Positions 1 to 11,390 of a stretch of DNA of 64,000 bases are shown in pieces. A program made the translations under genes and the position numbers. Below the pieces are notes generated by a model. It was not told where the DNA came from and did no database searches. It saw only the letters and a list, made by a program, of their open reading frames with translations. The stretch covers positions 605,444 to 669,443 of the forward strand of contig CDMY01000243.1 of the NCBI GenBank assembly GCA_001179505.1, written 5' to 3'. Each line of letters opens with the position of its first letter. The stretch's first letter is position 1. The stretch comes from Vitrella brassicaformis CCMP3155 (Eukaryota; Protista; Chromerida).

Positions 1-203
1 GAGAATTTACGATCCGCTCAACGGCCAACGGCTGGGAGGGATCGCAAACGCCATCTACCCCATCTTCCAACGCTACCTCCCCATTTCTCTCCTCGCCTTC
101 CTCCCCTCCCAGCGACTTCTGAAAGCCGAATCCTTCTGCGCGTTCCTCTTTTGCTTTGTGAGTCCGTTCCGTTGGCCCTGTATCGGCTCTCCTTCCCGTT
201 CCC

Positions 204-1314
204 ATGGCTCACGTTCCGCAGCACACTGACAGCAGGGTCAAAAACAGTAACCACCAGCCGCCCTTCCCCCTCCCCCCCCATCGTGTGCTGCTGTGTGTGC
301 AGGCTGCTGATGTGGAGGATCCCAAGGTGTCGCTGGCTACCGAAAAGCCCAAGCGCACCGCCCTTAAGGTGCTGGCCATCGTGGGCGGCATCGTCCTGAC
401 CGCCGCCTGCCTCTTTGGCATCATGCTCGCAGCTGTACAAGGTGGGTAGAGCAGCAGCTGTCTGCTGGGTGAAGTCCTGCTGCATCCTGTCTGCACTGTG
501 TGTGTGCCATCAGTGTCTAAGGAGATCACGGTCTCTGATGACGAGCAGCTGGTGAACAGCAAGGACAGCATGCCCCTGAGGTTCAGCGAAGCGCTCGACA
601 GTCTGCCCCTGGAGGGCCTCGCATTCCTCCCGCTGAACGAGATTCAGAAAATGGAATCCCTCCACATCAACGTATGTGACGAAGCCAATAACAGAATGGG
701 GGGACCACACTCGCTGAATGTTTCCCTGTGTGTGTTCGTGTCGCATGGCATGTGTGTGTATGCTGCAGATGCCAGAACAGGGCTCTGAGCGTGTGTACAA
801 CATAGAGGGTGTGTTCCGCGACCTCACCACCAACACTACTGAGGTTCACCTCTCGCTCGGACACAAACTCCTCACATCACCAGGTGGGCGCTGCAGCATT
901 GCCCAGGAGAGGGAGGAACACAAGCAAGGGACCAGCCAAACACGCGACACGCTCTGTTTGGTCGGTGCTGTGATTGCTGGCCACTCAGGCAAGTTTTCCT
1001 TGGTCGATGAGAAGGGTGCATTCGTGTACAGCGGCGAGTACGACTTCGAGTACGTCAGCACTGAGGAGCTCGAGAAGCTCATCAAGGAGGAGGCCGACAC
1101 AGCCAACGACAAGGAGGGCAGCAGACGCCGCCTTGGTTTCGGCTTTAGCTTGGGAGGTTTCGGCCTCCGTCTCAGCAGGGGTGGGTATGGAGGTTGGGGG
1201 AGAGGTTACTATAGCGGCTACCGCTACCCCTCCTACTACGGCTGGGGTGGCTATCGCGGTTACAGCTATCGCCCCAGGTACTATGGAGGGTACGGCCGCT
1301 GGGGCTGGTGGTGA
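204..1314 (+). CDS. Multi-exon protein with N-terminal hydrophobic anchor and C-terminal Gly/Tyr/Arg/Trp-rich tail
   Basis: Exons ~303-441 (VLAIVGGIVLTAACLFGIMLAAVQ hydrophobic segment), ~513-670, ~769-883 and ~989-1314 are joined by short GT-AG introns. The last exon encodes ...KEGSRRRLGFGFSLGGFGLRLSRGGYGGWGRGYYSGYRYPSYYGWGG...RWGWW*. The start codon is uncertain. Confidence 0.7.
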
Positions 1315-2167
1315 GATCACCCGCCCACCCACTCGATGATCGAGATGGAGTGAGTGACGGGCGTTTCTTTGTCAATCGCACATGTGTACACGCGCACGAG
1401 GGAATGAGCGAGATGTACAGAGAGAGCGGGGGAATTGCACGATCGCAACGGAAGGGATACAGTAGATGTACTAATGGACTGCCAGAGCAAGGCAGGCAGG
1501 CAGGTGGATGGCATGGATGTGTGTGGGGCGGTTGGCGCACCCGTCGACCGACGGGTTTTGATGCGCCAAAGGCATCCCAAGTCCCTATCGGTGTTGTATG
1601 ATGTGATTTTAGTGTTGTCTTCTACGTCCTCTGGCGTCCTCTTGGCATACCTGTCTTTGTGGTGCTACCTGATACGCCAAATGCAAGCATCTATTTGCCC
1701 ATCTGACAGTCAGGTGTATCGGATGGAATTTTGCAAGTGCCTTGCGTGTCTACGTATACGGAGCGAGAATAGAGCAGAGCAAAGCAAGATCAGCGAACTG
1801 TGCACATTGGTCTGCACAAGTGTCTTGGTGATCGTGGCTGTTCTGCAGTGTCACTTTATAGTAGATTTTAGTTGAGGTTTGGAATGGATAGCTGCCGGAT
1901 GTATACATCGCATGCTGGCGATACAGATATCAATCCTCTGCGCAACGCTCTTGAGCTCCCACACCACCCGCACACCAGTGGAAACAAAAGCCTGCATTTT
2001 TCGAGCCGCTTGCTGTGGTGGAATCGATGGTGTTCACTCAGGAGAAGGTCTGCCCTTGCTGTGAAGCCGGCCAAACATGCATTCGACCGACAAAGCGGAA
2101 AGCTCGAAGCTGAGCGCGCATCTTTCCCTTATGAGAAGCACGAAGATCAACGAAGCTATCTGCAGTC

Positions 2168-3689
2168 ATGACGATTCCCTTTGGTCTTCAGCAACGAATC
2201 ACGTTGATGCCATCTCAGCAGGGCGAGTCGGCAGGAGAGCCGCCATATGTCATTGCCATGCGGCTGTCGTGCGACCAATCAACCGCCCTCGCAGCCACGT
2301 CAAGCCCAACTCTCGTCCTCTTCTCGCCTCATACGCTCTCCGTCACCGGCCATCTGACGGGCCACACCGCGCCTGTCACTGACGCATGCTGCTTCCAGCA
2401 GAACGCCTCTTGTGTGGCCTCGGTGGGCAACGATGGCCACGCCCTGATTTTTGACATACGGAGCTCTGCTCAGCCTGCGGTGCGCTTCAAGGTGGCAGCA
2501 AAGACCTCCGAGGAGGTCAACAGCTGCACCGTGGGTGGAGGGGATGGGATGCTGGTGGCGTCGTGCGACAGCAAGGTGGTGGTCTATGACCTACGGGCGG
2601 GCAAGAAGCGGACGACGTACGAGTACCACTCTGACGTGGTCAACTGCGTCCGGTTCCATCCTTACCACAGCCACTGGCTGCTCTCCGCAGGTGTCTGTCT
2701 GACTGTCTGGCTGGCTGGCTGGATCCATCTCTTTGTGTGGGTGGGTGGGTGTGTTCAGGTGACGACACGAACATCTGTTTCTGCGACACCCAGCAGGACA
2801 ACACGAGCCAGGAGGGAGGGCCTGAAGACGAAGACTCAGCCATGTTCGGAGAAGAGTTCCTGCAGGTCGGCTCAGCGTACACCAACACGTGCCGACAGTC
2901 GGCAGACTGGCAGCCTGCCTGTTCGTGGTTTCCTGTCCTCCTCAGGTGCTTCCCAACGAGCTGAATGTTGCGTCGTTCAACCTGATCGGCAAAGAGGCCT
3001 CCCTCCTGTGTGCGGTGTCGACTACCAATGACGTGTCAATATTCGACCTGGACACGTGCAGCCGCCTGGCGCACTTCCAGTCGATAAGGGAGCATCCCCT
3101 GCTGCAGTATGAAGACTCAGGGGGCTACGTGGTCGACACCATGTGGGACGAAGTGACAGAGAGGCTGTTCATTCTGGCCGGTGGGCGGACACGCACGAGA
3201 GATCGAGGGAGAACGGCACATGCGGGCCGGTGTCCTTTTTGTAGGGTCGTCTCTGGGTCACTTGTTGCTGTTCCATGCCAACCTGACGACATCAACGCCG
3301 GCAGCGACGTTCGTCAACAGAGAGACCCAGGGGACGGGCCATCGAGCGGTCGTCAGGTATCCACAGGCTTCACACCAACACCATAGCAGGCTGTCGATTT
3401 GCCCGTCCTGTGTTGTTTGTAGGTGTGCGTTGTCGATACCCACCAGTGGCTCTGAGGCTGCCCGTCTGCTCACTGCTGGGGAGGACGGCCTCGTCTGCCA
3501 GTGGGCGCAGGTGCAACAAGCACCTATCGTCGAGCTCGATGCACATGTCATCCTCGTGTCTGTGTTGCGATGCAGGATTCGGTTGAGGGCGGTGCGTCAT
3601 GGTTCAAGTTGCACAATCACAAGGTGCCGAAACCGGGGACGAGCGAGAAGGGGGAGGCGCGCAGACAGCGACGGGCAGCGCCCTACTAG
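2168..3689 (+). CDS. WDR89: WD40-repeat protein, WDR89-like
   Basis: About 6 exons with canonical introns (~2691-2758, 2866-2945, 3181-3245, 3356-3422, 3511-3576). WD motifs include GHTAPVTDACC, VASVGNDGHALIFDIR, YHSDVVNCVRFHP...LLSAGDD, GHRAVVRC and LLTAGEDGLVCQW. The WDR89 assignment is recognised from memory, not from a search. Confidence 0.75.
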
Positions 3690-4929
3690 CCTTGTTCTGT
3701 CCGGCTGATCGAACACTGGATGTGTACACATTGACATCAATACTGATACGTCGGTGCTAACAGTCCTCTCACACACGCGTTCGCATCATGAAAGAGAGGC
3801 TTTCTACGCACAATGGTGACCACCCGCTCGCCACTGCGCCGCTCCACTCTGACATGGGAAGTGAAACGACACACGTACAGTGGGAGAAAGGTCCTTCAAG
3901 ATATAAAATGTAGGCAGCGATACAGGCAGCCTGTTGTGCATCCACACCCACACCCAGCACCCACATCTCCACGATTACAAAAACCGATCGGCACGAGTCA
4001 GTCAGTCAATCAGAGTCAGTCGTCTCGTCCATGGAAACATCCGCTGCTCTGCTCACCCACACAACGACATCCATCGATCAGCCATCAACACACAACACAG
4101 CCGCCCAGCCACCCAGGCCCTGACCAACACCATCCATCCATCCACCCACCACCAGCCGACCTCCCGCCCCCGACAAGCACCACCACCACCCGATTTTTCC
4201 GGTGCTTGGTCTACGACAATGTAGACAGACGGGGTAGACAGCGACACACCGCACCCACGCACACCGACAGAACGTAATCAACACAAACGGAAAGGGAGTG
4301 TCCACACCACCATACGGAAGGACAAAAGGAATGGGACAGAGGAGACTCAAAAGGACGTACATCCATACCATGGACAAAAACAAGAAACAGCCATCCTCCC
4401 CCGTCTGTCTACATATGGGCCCGCGGGGGCCTCTTCTCCTGGTGGTGGTGGGTAATGGGTGGTAGGTGGGGTGCTTCTGCGTGGCCGATGGCCTCCAGGA
4501 GGTCACTGTTGCCGGTGATGGGTGCTGGTGGTTGTGCCTGGCCTGCAGCAGCAGCAGCAGCTTGGATGGGGGAGGGAATGGGGCCAGGCAGCGAAGAGAT
4601 CTGCACACGCGGCACGGCACGGTACGCACAGAATGAGCAGGGCATTGTCAGTCAGTGGGTGTGGTGCCTCTACCTTGCTGGGCTGTGGTGCGGCTTGGGG
4701 TCTCATTCACGCTCGACGAGTTAGTTACAGTAGTAGAAGAAGGGTTGGTTGAGTGGGGCGGATGGTGAGCGCCTCCGCAGCGGCACACCTGAACGCATCA
4801 CACCACAACAGGCACACAGCCACCATGGATGAGGTGCCCAGGGTTTCCAGTCTATGGCCCCCACCCATTCACTCACCGTAGCTGATGATGAGGGAATCCA
4901 AACAGATGGCTGCTGGCCATCGTGTGTGT

Positions 4930-7480
4930 GTACCTAGGTCTTCTCACAAACAGCCTGCAGTGGGGAGACCCGACCCACCCACAATGCCCTTATGTGGTGC
5001 GAAGGGATCACTCAGCGAGGTCGACACAGCCCGCCGACTCGCCGATTGGCCGTCGTGATGCAGACTTCGCAGTTGGCTGTGCTGTTGGGCTGCACCTCGA
5101 ACAGAGACCGGCCGTCCTGGAACGACAGAGCCCTCTCACACGGGGCCAAACCGACAAAGCCACCTGCACACATTCAGCCATGGACAGAGCTGCACCAGTG
5201 TGTGCGTGTGTGTGCGTGTGTGTGTGTGTGTGTGGTCTGTGCCACCGACCCTGTTGGTGCTTGTTGTCCGTTAGGGTTGAAGCGGAAGAGCTCCCGCCCA
5301 TCGCCACTGGCGGCCGCCTCGAGAGACGAAGTTAGCGTCACTCTCGCGCCAGCCGTGTGGACGCGGCCGTGCTAGACCTGCAGGCACTGGTCCTCGCCGA
5401 TGGATGTGATGCCGCTGATGAGTGTGACTGTCGGGAGGCCATAGCCGATCAGGCGGACTGTGTTGATGCCGTACAAGTCGTGGTCGTGCCGACCCATCAC
5501 CACCTGCATGGCCTTGACGCGCCTCGGTGCGTCGAACAACAGATCCTGACATACCACACAAGACACAACACGACACACATGTCTCAACCGGCCTCTCCGT
5601 CTCTCACTCATTGGCTGCTTGCCTGCCTGGTCGAATGATCCCTCGGTCCGTTCCCACGTGCGCATGGGCAGCGCTATCTCGTACTCGCAGGTCGCCGGTC
5701 TCTCTGTGCGGCGTGGGGTCTTGTCCTCTCTCATTGGCGGCGGCAAACACGCGTCAGCCCAGCACTCAGGCGGATCCCGCCCGGTAGCTGACAATCGACA
5801 CGGCATCGAACGCACCTGGTAGACCCGCCCGATGACGGCCATGGTGTCGGGCGAAAGGATGGGGAAGTCCTCCACCCACTGAGTTGCTGATACCCAGACC
5901 CACCTCGCCGTGACTGTTGACCGTCACGTGGGAGTCCAAGCGGCCGGGGCTGGGCGGGGCTGACGCACCTGCCTTGGCGACTCAGTGCTGTGGAGAGACG
6001 GCCACGTCGAGAGGTCTTGACGGCGCACTTGCCCTCGAAGGTGAAGTACTCCAGCCGCAAACCCAGCATTTGGTCAGCCTGGACCCAAGACCGTCTTGAC
6101 GCCAATCCTGAGTGAGCGAGCAACGGACAACGCGCACACATATCCACACACACATATACAGACAGACATGGGTTGGATGCGTGGCTCTTTGCACTGCTCT
6201 GCACGTGTTGTGTTGTGTTGTGTTGTGTTGTGTTGTGTGTGGGTCCCCGGGGGTTTGGACGCTTACTCTTGAATGTATCTGGTCAGTAGCTTCCACACAC
6301 CCATGGCTTTGTCGATGGAATGGACGCCATTTCCAGCTCATGGTTCTCACGGATCTTATCCACACCAACGATGCAGCCGCTGCTGCGACGCCCACCACCT
6401 CTACCTCCTGCCCGCACTCTCGAGGGGCGCAGTAGGTCTGCACTGATGCCGCTGGTCGGAGGCCGAATGGTGCGCCGAGAGAGGGGAGGAGGTAGGGGGG
6501 CTGCTGAGTGTCTCCCTTGGTGGTAGAGCTGGCCTTGGTGTGTGGGCTGCTGCGACATGGCACGCGGCTCGGCATCTGCAGCGCGGAGACGGCACTCCTG
6601 CGGCCTGACACGAACCCACGACCACCTGCGACAGCCATGAGAACATGACAAGAAATGAGAGATGACCTCCGCCGTGTGTATGTGTGTATGTGTGGGTGGT
6701 CAGGTAAGGTACCTCTGTTCGATACTATGACGGCCCTCATCTCCCATCCAGATCAACACGCCGGACGTTGGGCTTCTCCCCGTCATCCACACCCACACCC
6801 ACAGCAACACCAACCTGGCCCTCGTCTCCATCCAGAACCAAGACCCCCAGCCATTCGCCCACCACCCACCGTACACAGCAGGCAGCCCTCCATTAGTCAT
6901 GAGCCCGCACATCCGCCCACTCACTCATAATTGCACCTCACGCCAGATCAGAGAGACAGAATAGCCTTGGCAGCCTTATCAGAAAGACAGATCAGAGAGA
7001 CAGAGAGAAAGAGAGACAGATCAGAGAGACAGAATGGTCGTGCAGTTGTGGCGGCACAGAACAGCAAATTCTGATACACAAATGGATGGAGACATGGATG
7101 GCATGTGCGGCATGTAGTCTGTGTATTATGCTGACGTACCGAGTGCGGGGTATTCCCATTCGATGATGATCCTGTCAAGCCTCGCCGGCTCCCCCAGGTC
7201 GATGTCGAATGTGACATGGGTGGGGGGCACGGGCGGCCCGCTCTCGTCAACAATGGGCAACACGGATTGATGAAAGGACCGACATGACGGCAAGGCGTCC
7301 CCAACTGCACCAAACACATTTGCACACACAGAGGATTGGACACAGAGATGACCATTTTCTACATCAGACGGCAAATTACCTGGGCCGCTCCCATTTCTTG
7401 ACGCGGGCGCGCAGAAAATGAGAGTAAAAGACCTCGAGATATAAAATGCAGACAGCAATTAGGCCACCAGGCCCTATCGA
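4930..7480 (-). pseudogene. Degenerate CCp/LAP-like (ricin-B plus discoidin/F5-8C) adhesive protein gene
   Basis: Exon SFDQ|DLLFDAPRRVKAMQVVMGRHDHDLYGINTVRLIGYGLPTVTLISGITSIGEDQCLQV*...GDGRELFRFNPNGQ (5548-5270) and PCERALSFQDGRSLFEVQPN (~5170-5090) resemble the ricin lobes of apicomplexan CCp1/CCp2. VTFDIDLGEPARLDRIIIEWEYPAL (~7230-7140) resembles a discoidin strand. There is an in-frame TAG at 5372-5374. Confidence 0.6.
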
Positions 7481-7741
7481 CAGAAACAAAGAGACATTTG
7501 ATATGAGGCCAAGGTAATGTCCCTTCTGTCTCATGTGCTTACCGCCTTTCGGTGGCCATGAGAGGGACTTGTGGCAGCTTGCGGTCACCAGCCTGACCCA
7601 CACCCACAGAAACACCAACCTGACTCTCGTCTCCATCCAGAACAAGACCCCCAGCCATCCGCCCACCACCCACCGTGCACAGCAGGCAGCCTTCCATTAG
7701 TCATGAGCCCGCACATCCGCCCACTCACTCATAATTGCACC
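6790..7741 (+). repeat. ~150-bp direct repeat pair (6790-6938 and 7597-7741)
   Basis: Both copies contain the near-identical block cacccacacccacag...ctcgtctccatccagaac...cattagtcatgagcccgcacatccgcccactcactcataattgcacc. Confidence 0.85.
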
Positions 7742-7797
7742 CCACGCCGTATCAGAGAAGAGACAGAATGGCTCGTGGCGACAGTATCAGAGAAGCT

Positions 7798-9770
7798 TTA
7801 TGCATCCCCCATCGGATATATGACCCCCGCCCACTCCTTCACCAGCAGCACCAGCACCTTCACCGCCGCCTCCGCCGACTCGGTCGTCCGCCGCTCGGCC
7901 CGCTCGTTCATCACCAGCTCCGCCACCACGATGGCCGCTGCGTCAGTCAGGCTGAAGCGCTCCGGCCTCTTCTGGAGCTCCAGCAAGCGCCTGACGACAC
8001 CCTCGACGTCCACGGCCTGCTGAGGTGGTGGTGCGAGGGAGGGGCGTCTTGGGTCTGTGGGGCTGTTGGGTCGGTGGGAGGGGGGAAGACCTGTTGGCGT
8101 CTTTCTTCGCGGATTTTGTGCAGACGGTTGATCTCCCGCCTGAGGTCAGCCAGCCGCTTATCCAGCAGCTGCAACTCGTCAATGCCCTCGTCACGCTTCT
8201 TCTCAGTGGCCCACACGGCGCGCCTCTGCCACTCGTCCGGGGGGATGGGGATGATGTTGGGATTCTCCGCCGTCTGCTGTTGGGTGCCGATGATGGCCTC
8301 GTCAAACGTGACGGCTGGCAGGTCCCTCTTGACGTCTGGCAGGATCTGGTGGGGGTACAGAAATGACAGAGCCATGCCGCCCACCGTCCACAGGTCGACG
8401 TCGGGCTGCCAGCCGGGGTAGCCCCAGTGTTTCTGCGCCCACTCGCCGACTGCCGTGGGATTGGTGGGGGGGCCGTTGGGTGTGCTCGAGGGGTCGATGA
8501 CGGCCTTGATGTGGGGCGGGGCGGAGGTGAGTGTGTTCATGATGTGTGTCTCGTACGGCACCGCCAGCGTCTTGCCCCCCCTCGTCACCAGACTGCCCCT
8601 CTCCTGCCCAGCGGCGTCGATAAAGGTGGGCACCGGCACCACCACCTGCCGACTGCCCCCGCGCACCACCGACGCGTTGACCTTGACGAATCCGACGAGG
8701 ATATTGTCGAAAGTCGCGTCGGTGGCGACGTAGGTGGAGCAGATCGGCAGCTCCTCGGCCGTCTGGACCGCGCTGGTGCTGGAGGTCATGCTGCCGACGG
8801 CCTTGGCAACACTAAACACAGGCACCTGAACCACACAAACACACACACATACAAACACAATACACCCATGGGTGAGCTCACTCTTTACGCCAATCCGACT
8901 GTCTGTCTCACCTTGTGGATTTGCCCTGTCTGTCTGTCTGTCTGTCTGTCTGTGTCTCTCACCTTATGCATTGCGTTGGTCTTCATCAGCAGGTCTATGA
9001 CGCCGAAAACGGCACCCACCTGCTTCTTCCCCATCTTCTTCATTATGGTCTTCCTGATCTCCTTGCCGTTGGCCATCTGGATGCCCGCCTCCTGCGCCGC
9101 TGTCGGCTGAGCTCCGCTGTCCAGCAGACGCAGCGCCGACACCTCGCCAGGCGGATACAGCTGGACCCGCAGCGCAAGAAAGCTGCCGAGGGGCTGGCGT
9201 CGGGCGTCGTACTGGCCGTCGATGTTGCCAACGACAGCGACGCCGTCCTGGCCGGGCTGCTGCTTGGGCGGCGCCTCCCCCTCCCCACTCGCAATGTACA
9301 GCGAGTAGATCGGTCCCCCCATGGTGTAGAGCCCCTGCGCCTGCCGATACTCGCCCGCGAAGGCCTCCTCTAGGGCCTCGCGGACGGCGGACGGCACCGC
9401 GCCCTTCTTGCGGGCGAGCTCGGGGAGGGCAGGGGGCGGCTGGGCGGTGGGGGGACGGCTCTTCTCCGGATGCTGAGTGGTCAGCAGGTATAGGAATGCG
9501 GGCTCGACACTCCTGGACAACCTGCAACCAAACGAGCAATCCACACAGTGAGTTACAGGGCAGACCGAATGAGATGTGCAGGACGATGTGGCACTCTCTG
9601 TGTGTGGCATTACATACCTGCTGTGGTCGTCCTGGTCGCCTCGAGGGGCCGACGCGCCCTCCCCACGACAGCTATCAGGTGCCTCCTCGGCAGGGCCAGG
9701 GGGACTCTCAAAACACGGGGCAGCGGCTACATTCTCGGCCTCCGTCTCCTCCTCTCTGCCGGGGAGTAAT
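7798..9770 (-). pseudogene. Kinase-like family copy A (both lobes present, one frameshift)
   Basis: Exons ~9770-9618, ~9522-8963 (ends ...MKTNAMHK at GTGAG donor) and 8825-7798 (starts VPVFSVAK after TTCAG). A 1-nt deletion near 8024 relative to copy B (CACCACCTCAGC vs CACCACCCCCAGC) splits ORFs 7947-8858 and 7798-8013. Confidence 0.75.
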
Positions 9771-10189
9771 TCTGAATGAGTCACGCACACATCACAAAAC
9801 AGACAGACGAACAGGCAGGACGATTTGATGAGCGCTTCTTCATTTGGTCGGTCGGCAGGCATGTGGTTCGCTTACAGTTGTCGGGTTTCTGATCTGTGTT
9901 GAGGTTGCCGACCTTGTGCAACTCCTCGACGCTAGAAATGAAAGTACAAGACCTCGAGATATAAAATGCAGGCAGCAATAAGGCCACCAGGCCCTATCGA
10001 CAGAAACAAAGAGACACATGATATGAGGCCAAGGTAATGTCCCTTCTGTCTCATGTGCTTACCGCGCCCGCCGGGGAAATGGAGGAGGGGGGATCCATCC
10101 ACCACACCCAGCACCCAGCAGCACACCACATGGGCTCGGGGGCCAGGATAAACAACCCGAACCCCAAGGCCATTGCTTCAACAGCAGCA

Positions 10190-11390
10190 CTAGCACCTTG
10201 ACCGCCGCCGCCGCCGACTCGGTCGTTGCCGCTCGGCCCGCTCGTGCATCACCAGCTCCGCCACCACGATGGCCGCCGCGTCAGTCAGGCTGAAGCTCCC
10301 CGACTTCTTCTGGAGCTCCAGCAACGGCGTGACGACACCCTCGACGTCCACGGCCTGCTGGGGGTGGTGGTGCGAGGGAGGGGCGTCTTGGGTCTGTGGG
10401 GCTGTTGGGCTGATGGGAGGGGGGGAGACGTGTTGGTGTCTGTCGGGATTGATTTCGTGCAGATGGTTGATCGACCGCCTTAGGGTATCCAGCCGCCTAT
10501 CCAGCAGCTGCAACTCGTCGATGCCCTCCTCGTCAGGCTTCCTTTCGGTGGCCCACACGGCGCGCCTCTGCCACTGGTCCGGGGGGATGGGGATGATGTT
10601 GGGGTGCTCCGCCGTCTGCTGTTGGGTGCCGATGACGGCCTCGTCAAACGTGACGGCTGGCAGGTCCCTCTTGACGTCGGGCAGGATCTGGTGGGGGTAC
10701 AGAAATGACAGAGCCGTGCCGCCCACCGTCCACAGGTCGACGTCGGGCTGCCAGCCGGGGTAGCCCCAGTGTTTCTGCGCCCACTCGCCGACTGCCGTGG
10801 GAGTGGTGGGGGGGCCGTTGGGTGTGCTCGAGGGGTCGATGACGGCCTTGATGTGGGGCGGGGCGGAGGTGAGTGTGTTCATGATGTGTGTCTCGTACGG
10901 CACCGCCAGCGTGTTGCCCCCCCTCGTCACCAGACTGCCCCTCTCCTGCCCAGCGGCGTCGATCACGCCATCTTGACCCTGCTGCTGATTGAGCACTGCA
11001 GGGGACACCACAGCACACACAAAATGTACCGCAGAGCTGAACATTGACCTCAACAGGCCTATAGTTCTTCCCTACCTTTCTGATACGGCTCGAAACACTT
11101 TTGGCACTTCAGCTGCGCGCCGTTATCAAATGAGAAGTCGACAAATATAAAATGTAGGCAGAGATCGGACCTGCACATCGACACAAAGAGACACGATCAG
11201 AGTGGTCGCTGCGCTGATGTCTCAGTTTGTTTCCTCACGCACACATTCGTCCGCCCCGCGTCACCAAACTGCCCCTCTCCTGCCCGGCGGCATCGACAAA
11301 GGTGGGCACCGGCACCACCACCTGCCGACTGCCCCCGCGCACCACCGACGCGTTGACCTTGACAAATCCGACGAGGATATTGTCGGTGCC
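10190..11390 (-). pseudogene. Kinase-like family copy B (C-lobe only, interrupted by a ~285-bp insert)
   Basis: DNILVGF...DAAGQERGSLVTRGG (11390-11250), then a foreign insert (11249-10964), then IDAAGQERG...WQPDVDLWTVGG...AELVMHER (10963-10190). The C-terminus is frameshifted. Confidence 0.75.

Noticed and set aside
1400-2160. ORFs of 60-146 aa between the first two genes
   Set aside because: They are AT-richer, have no recognisable motif or splice pattern, and are probably intergenic.
3901-3917. TATA box reading of ATATAAAA
   Set aside because: No plus-strand gene start follows any of the seven copies. The motif is kept only as an unexplained repeat.
3770-4760. Possible minus-strand exons (e.g. 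QAAAAAAGQAQPPAPITGNSDLLEAIG)
   Set aside because: They could not be chained into a model or assigned to a family.
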